A stretch of DNA of 12,401 nucleotides from the NCBI GenBank assembly GCA_031367385.1, contig JANLPS010000232.1, positions 1-12,401 on the forward strand, written 5' to 3'. Position 1 is the first letter of the stretch; each line of letters opens with the position of its first letter. Below the pieces are notes generated by a model. It saw only the letters and a list, made by a program, of their open reading frames with translations. It ran no database searches and was not told the DNA's origin. Both the position numbers and the translations under genes were made by a program. Source of the DNA: Archangium sp. Its GTDB lineage: Bacteria; Myxococcota; Myxococcia; Myxococcales; Myxococcaceae. Shown here in pieces: positions 7,809-12,401 of this stretch.

Positions 7809-7836
7809 TTACGCAACCCTCATCGAACTGGTTTCA
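7809..7836 (-). promoter_or_regulatory. ECF sigma-type promoter for the precursor/MNIO operon
   Basis: The minus strand reads TGAAACC-N16-CGTAA, close to the Caulobacter SigF-type consensus GTAACC-N16-CGAA. The TGA is the murJ stop codon. Confidence 0.65.
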
Positions 7837-9480
7837 CGTTTTCGACACGCGTCTGAAAACTCGACGCATCACGGCATTGCTTTGCGGTACCCCAAACGAG
7901 AAGGTGACGGCGAAATACATCACGCCGTAAACCCCTAAAATCGCAATCGAAACCGGTAAGATTGGCAAGTCGGGGGGCGCGAGAAAGAAGCCACCCCACT
8001 CCAGCGCGGTGCCGGGTGACGGGCCGAAGTACGCGGCGAGCGCGACCTTGGCCCCCAGCGCCACCGCTGCAGCCAGCACCGCCGAGAACCACAGCCGGCT
8101 CAGGTACCCGGCAATCGACGGCACGCCGCCCAGGTGACGCGCGAGGGCTCGCCGCAGCAGCAGCATCTCGAGCCACGCGGTGACCGACGTGGTGACGGTG
8201 ACGAACACCGCGCCGAGCTCAGCGGGCAACCCGACCTGCCCGGGGAAAATGCGCACCGCGTAGTAGCCCAGCGCGATGCCCAAGGTGACGCGAATCGCGG
8301 CGAAGATCAGCGGCGTTCTGGTGTCTTTCAGCGCGTAAAACGCCGACGAGAACAGCCGGCCGCTGGTCTGCGCCATCAGCGCGATGCCAGAGCCGATCAA
8401 GATGTACCAGACGTACCGCGAGTCTCTCGCCGTGAACTTGCCCCCTTGCAGCAGGGCCCCCGAGATCAGATCTCCGAGCGCGATGAACGCCACCGCCGAG
8501 GGCACCACGAAGAAGCTCATGCGCTCGAGGCCCGCCTTGAGCCGCTCTCGAAGCAACCCATCACGCTCAGCGGCGCTCTTGGTCGCGTCGGCCGACATGT
8601 CGGGCAGCTCGGCCGCGGAGATCGACATGCCGAACAAGCTCACCGGCAACAGCGCGATGGTCTGCGAATAGGTCAACGCAGAGACCGCGCGCTCGGTGAT
8701 CAGCGAGGCATACGCGGTGTCGACCCAGGCACTGATCTGCACCACTCCCCTGGCCGCCACCGCAGGCACGAAGCGCGAGAAAATCGACCGCACCGCGGGC
8801 AACGAGAACGACGGAGACGCGCGCAGGCGCCCCAACAACCGCAGCACCGCAGGCAACTGCACGACGAATTGCAGCACGGCTCCGGCGACGGTGGCCCACG
8901 CAATTCGAACGATGAGCGTTCGCACCTCGTCGTGCCGAAAAATCGCGACCGCGACGATCACCGCGAGGCTCGAGACCACCGGCGCCGCGTACGAGAGAAA
9001 GAAGCGCTTGTGGCTGTTGAGAATGCCCAGGCACCACGCGCTGAGCACCAGCACCCCGGTCGCGGGGAAGATGATTCGCACCAGCTGCACGGTGAGCTCG
9101 TACGCCTCGCCGGTGTACCCGGGGGCGATCACCCCGACCAGCATCGGCGCCGCCACCAGCCCGAGCGCGACCAACCCCGCGACGAGCAACGAGAGCAGCC
9201 CAAAGACCGCCCCAGCGACGCGCACGGCCTCGTCATCGGCCTGCTTGGCCCGCAACCCCGCGTACACCGGTATGAAAGAGGCGGAGAGCACGCCTTCACC
9301 GAGCAGGTTCTGCAAGACATTGGGAATGCGGGTGGCCGCTGAGAAAGCCGCCATCTCGAGGCCGCTGCCGAAGACGTGGGCGAGCAGCTTCTGCCGAACG
9401 AGGCCCATCAGCCGCGAGAGCAAGATCCCCGCGGCGACCAACGCGGCATTTCGGCCGCTCTTCGAGCCCTCGGTCGTCAC
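7834..9480 (-). CDS. murJ: Lipid II flippase MurJ (MviN), MOP superfamily (548 aa)
   Basis: 'LLSRLMGLVR', 'RIPN.L..L.GEG.LSASFIPVY', 'GILNSHKRF', 'QF.VQLP', 'AFYALKDTRTP'; many TM segments; GTG start. Confidence 0.92.
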   Translation of the reverse strand: MTTEGSKSGRNAALVAAGILLSRLMGLVRQKLLAHVFGSGLEMAAFSAATRIPNVLQNLLGEGVLSASFIPVYAGLRAKQADDEAVRVAGAVFGLLSLLVAGLVALGLVAAPMLVGVIAPGYTGEAYELTVQLVRIIFPATGVLVLSAWCLGILNSHKRFFLSYAAPVVSSLAVIVAVAIFRHDEVRTLIVRIAWATVAGAVLQFVVQLPAVLRLLGRLRASPSFSLPAVRSIFSRFVPAVAARGVVQISAWVDTAYASLITERAVSALTYSQTIALLPVSLFGMSISAAELPDMSADATKSAAERDGLLRERLKAGLERMSFFVVPSAVAFIALGDLISGALLQGGKFTARDSRYVWYILIGSGIALMAQTSGRLFSSAFYALKDTRTPLIFAAIRVTLGIALGYYAVRIFPGQVGLPAELGAVFVTVTTSVTAWLEMLLLRRALARHLGGVPSIAGYLSRLWFSAVLAAAVALGAKVALAAYFGPSPGTALEWGGFFLAPPDLPILPVSIAILGVYGVMYFAVTFSFGVPQSNAVMRRVFRRVSKT

Positions 9481-9526
9481 CTGGCGCGCTTGTACAGCGG
9501 CAAGCGTGCCAGTCGAAGCTTTGTGC

Positions 9527-10135
9527 TTAGAACCGCGCCAGCTCCATCATCGGGCCCACCGGCCGGTATTGCTCGACCGAGCGCACGCCGGCAGGCTGGT
9601 TGCCCCCACCACCAGGCGCGTTGGGAATTCGGCGCTCGATCTCGTCAATCTGCTCTCCGATGGCGCGACGCTCTGAAATTCGTGCGCCCAGCCAGATACA
9701 GCCGACGATGATCATCGCGATCGCGGGGAGCAGCACCGCCAGGCCGAAGACCAAGGCGCCGACCCCATACCCAGCAAGAAAGTACGCGACGCCGAGGTAG
9801 GTGAACGGTGCGCCGATGAAGAAGCCCAACCCGGCGCCGACCGCGAGCAAGACGATGGGCCCGACGATGCTGGGGCGGTTGTCACTCAAGCGGCGCGACT
9901 CAGCGCGGAGCTGCTCGACCGACCACCCATCGTAATTGCCGGTGGGGACCAGGTTCGCCGCGGAGGGCGGCGGAGACGGCGGCGCCTGCTCGAGCGGAGG
10001 CGGTGGCGGCGGAGCGTCATTCTGCGCCACGAGGAAGCCCTTGTGGTGCGCCTCGGTGCCGACCAGCGACGCATCGCGAGCAATCGAGGGGCCGGCATTC
10101 AACGCAACGAGAGCCACCAAGACAGTGAACGTCAT
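9527..10135 (-). CDS. Hypothetical exported/membrane protein (202 aa)
   Basis: Hydrophobic N-terminus from ATG 10135 with GGAGG at 10146-10150; poly-Pro linker; Gly-rich hydrophobic hairpin (about residues 90-150); short coiled segment; ends ...MELARF. Confidence 0.75.
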   Translation of the reverse strand: MTFTVLVALVALNAGPSIARDASLVGTEAHHKGFLVAQNDAPPPPPPLEQAPPSPPPSAANLVPTGNYDGWSVEQLRAESRRLSDNRPSIVGPIVLLAVGAGLGFFIGAPFTYLGVAYFLAGYGVGALVFGLAVLLPAIAMIIVGCIWLGARISERRAIGEQIDEIERRIPNAPGGGGNQPAGVRSVEQYRPVGPMMELARF

Positions 10136-10212
10136 ATCGGTCCATCCTCCACAAAGAGTGGGAGGCATCTAAACCTGAGTCGTTTGTACATCAATAAGGC
10201 GTTTTCGATTCG

Positions 10213-11235
10213 CTACCGCACCCGATCGCCCTCTCGCAGGGTTTGCCCGGCGAAATCGACCGCTGGTGCCGCCACCGGCCAGGTCGAGCCGGCCCAGTAC
10301 GAATTCGGCAGCTCGGCGTTGATCAACAAGACCGCCTCGTGGCTGCGGTAGGCGTGGGCGAGCGTGTTGGCGAAGCGGTCGACGCAGCGGGGCCAGTGCG
10401 ACTTGACCAGCCCGCGCCACTCGGCTCCATCGACGGGGGTCAGCTCGGGCAGCGGGTGCCACTTGCGCGAAGGCAGCGCGCCGCGAACCCATTCTTCAGC
10501 CTCGAGCAGGCCCTTGCCGCCCAGCATGTGCCCCTGAATCAGCGGCCAATTCGCGTGGGTGACAGCGAAGAGTGGCAGCACCGGCCAGGTCGGGTCTTGC
10601 AGCGGCGTCGCGTTGGGAGGAATCGGGAGGAACGGCCCCGGGCCAACGCTTGGGGTGAACGGGTCGACGAGCAGCTCGAGCAACTGCTGCCCGCCCAGCT
10701 GATTTCGCGCCAGCTCGAGCACCTCGAGCGGGGTCATGTCTTCAAAGTCGAGCCTCTTGGGCAAGCCGAGCACCACGTCAGCGGTCGGGTCGATCACGTT
10801 GGGCAGCTCGCGCCCATCGGCGATGCGAAAACGCAGATCGCGCGCCCATGAGACGTCTTTCGGTTCGGGCAACTCGTAGCGCTCGTCATCATGCTCATTG
10901 CGCAGCTTCTCGAGCGCGGTGAGCGACCATTTCTGACCGATCTCGAGGCCCGCCCTGCCCTGCAGAAAAGACAGGTAGCGGTGCGCTGGCACCGTCACGA
11001 AGCCCTTCGGAGGCAGCACCGGGGTCTTGGTCTCGGCCAGGGCATGCCACTGGCGAATCTGATCGACGTCGATGTTGACCCGCGCCTGGTTGCGCTCGCG
11101 CAGGTAGGCGTTGCGGCGAGAGGCGCAGAACGAACGCATCGGCTCGGCCACTCCGTCTTCGAGAACCGCCCGTAACGCTTGGCGAAATTGCGACAACCGC
11201 GCCCGGTCGACCACGAAGGCCATCGTGTGCGGCAT
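10213..11235 (-). CDS. Hypothetical protein (about 340 aa; start uncertain, 11268/11235/11223)
   Basis: Long ORF with normal globular composition filling the gap between flanking genes; no signal peptide or recognised family motif. Confidence 0.7.
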   Translation of the reverse strand: MPHTMAFVVDRARLSQFRQALRAVLEDGVAEPMRSFCASRRNAYLRERNQARVNIDVDQIRQWHALAETKTPVLPPKGFVTVPAHRYLSFLQGRAGLEIGQKWSLTALEKLRNEHDDERYELPEPKDVSWARDLRFRIADGRELPNVIDPTADVVLGLPKRLDFEDMTPLEVLELARNQLGGQQLLELLVDPFTPSVGPGPFLPIPPNATPLQDPTWPVLPLFAVTHANWPLIQGHMLGGKGLLEAEEWVRGALPSRKWHPLPELTPVDGAEWRGLVKSHWPRCVDRFANTLAHAYRSHEAVLLINAELPNSYWAGSTWPVAAPAVDFAGQTLREGDRVR

Positions 11236-11330
11236 CACGTATGGGACATCGAGCTTGTGCAGGAGCATCTACCCGCACGAACCCGCCAAGCCCAAATGTC
11301 CCACACATTCGCCGGGGGTGTCTGAAGGCC

Positions 11331-12260
11331 ATGCGCTTCTCGAAGCTTGCAGCTGTGGTGTTCGCCGTGGTGCCCGCCGTCGCCCTCGCCTGCGTCGGCA
11401 CGCCGTGCAGCGATCCGTGGGTTTTTACGGTCAATGACGGAGGCTCGATCCCCTCCAATGTGCCGGCGTTGATCTTGACCGCGCCGGTCGCGAACTACGG
11501 CGGCCCCGACAGCCTCGATGCCGGCATCACGCTGACCCGCGCCGATGGAGGCACCCTCGACATCACCCTCGCCAACGAAGGCAACGGCAAGGTCGTGATC
11601 ATCAAACCGGTCGCGGCGCTGCCCACGGGCGAGACGTTGCACCTGCACTACCCGACCCTGTGCCATGCCTCGAACAGCCCGCTGTATGACTTGACCTTCA
11701 CCGCCACTGAGCCCACGACCCTGCCGACCTCGCTGGGCACGCTGACCATCACCGAGCAAGGTCACGGCCCGACCGAGGTCTTCGCGTCGGCGGTCTGCGC
11801 CGAGAATGTGCCGGGCGCGTACGCCATCTTCACGTTCAAACCGTCGGCCGAGCTGACCCCCTTTCTTGCGGTCACTGAGCTCAGCCTGCTGGTCGACGGC
11901 CAGCGGTGGGCGACCGAGCAAGTCGGAGCGATGAGCGCCGAGGGCACCCTGGCCCCGTTGCCGTCGTACTCGCATCAATACGTCGCCGGCCCTCGGGTGC
12001 TGAAGGTCTACGGCGGGTGCCCGGGCGCTCCGGCGAACGTCGGCGTCAGCATCGGTACGCACCAGGTCGAGCTCATCGGCCGCGTGATGGGGTCAGCCCC
12101 GCTGTCGATCAAGACCTCGATCACGCTCGACTGTCAGACGGTGATTCCTCCCGTCGAGCCGCCACGGGGCTGCAGCGCGGCACCGGCAGCATTGATGCTG
12201 TGGGGCATTGTGGGGCCACTCGCAGCACTGCGGCGTCGCAGGTCGCGCCTGGTTCACTGA
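11331..12260 (+). CDS. Secreted Cys-containing beta-rich protein with MYXO-CTERM-like sorting signal (309 aa)
   Basis: Signal peptide MRFSKLAAVVFAVVPAVALA|C; Ig-like segment 'ITLTRADG..LDITL....KVVIIKPVAALPTGETLHL'; tail 'PPRGCSAAP-hydrophobic-LRRRR'. Confidence 0.85.
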   Translation: MRFSKLAAVVFAVVPAVALACVGTPCSDPWVFTVNDGGSIPSNVPALILTAPVANYGGPDSLDAGITLTRADGGTLDITLANEGNGKVVIIKPVAALPTGETLHLHYPTLCHASNSPLYDLTFTATEPTTLPTSLGTLTITEQGHGPTEVFASAVCAENVPGAYAIFTFKPSAELTPFLAVTELSLLVDGQRWATEQVGAMSAEGTLAPLPSYSHQYVAGPRVLKVYGGCPGAPANVGVSIGTHQVELIGRVMGSAPLSIKTSITLDCQTVIPPVEPPRGCSAAPAALMLWGIVGPLAALRRRRSRLVH

Positions 12261-12336
12261 AGGCCGGTGTGCGACAAACCGCAATTGCCCCTTTTGAAAC
12301 TGGTTTTGCTGCGCAGGTGTGATGTTTTCACGCGCC

Positions 12337-12401
12337 ATGAGCGCTCTCTGGCTGGCCCACGCCGCCTACGCCGTGCTGAGTGGCCACAACGGCACCCTGG
12401 C
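12337..12401 (+). CDS. Possible 5' end of a downstream gene (MSALWLAHAAYAVLSGHNGTL...), truncated by the window
   Basis: ATG after an AT-richer intergenic stretch; frame open to the window edge with G/C-rich third positions; only 21 codons visible. Confidence 0.4.
   Translation, partial: MSALWLAHAAYAVLSGHNGTL

Noticed and set aside
54..9676. Long antisense or alternative-frame ORFs (e.g. 54-758 +, 2073-2936 +, 5244-6080 +, 8134-9342 +, 8696-9676 +)
   Set aside because: They shadow well-supported genes, have Arg/His/Ala/Ser-skewed compositions and no motifs; expected in high-GC DNA.
11331..11393. Lipoprotein lipobox at VALA-C
   Set aside because: A-L-A-C fits a signal peptidase I AxA site better than [LVI]-[ASTVI]-[GAS]-C.

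Overview
High-GC window, most likely from a Myxococcota genome (inferred from a C-terminal MYXO-CTERM-like sorting signal). In order: an AhpD/CMD-family CxxC gene divergent from a LysR regulator; an unannotated-looking 524-aa protein that carries a papain/C39-like Gln-Cys-His-Asp catalytic set; a ~110-bp remnant resembling the 3' end of gltD; a small two-TM protein; a minus-strand run of membrane protein -> murJ -> six-Cys Sec-exported precursor peptide -> DUF692/MNIO enzyme -> DUF2063-type partner -> class V PLP aminotransferase; a hypothetical cytoplasmic protein; and a divergent secreted Cys-rich protein with a MYXO-CTERM-like tail. The standout is the bufferin-type (BufA2/B/C-like) RiPP cluster. 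It has an ECF-type promoter overlapping the murJ stop codon, shows no DoxX/BufD or sigma/anti-sigma gene in the window, and has an aminotransferase directly downstream. The cryptic cysteine protease is the second highlight. No rRNA, tRNA, CRISPR array or mobile element was recognised. All family calls come from motif recognition by eye; no searches were run.
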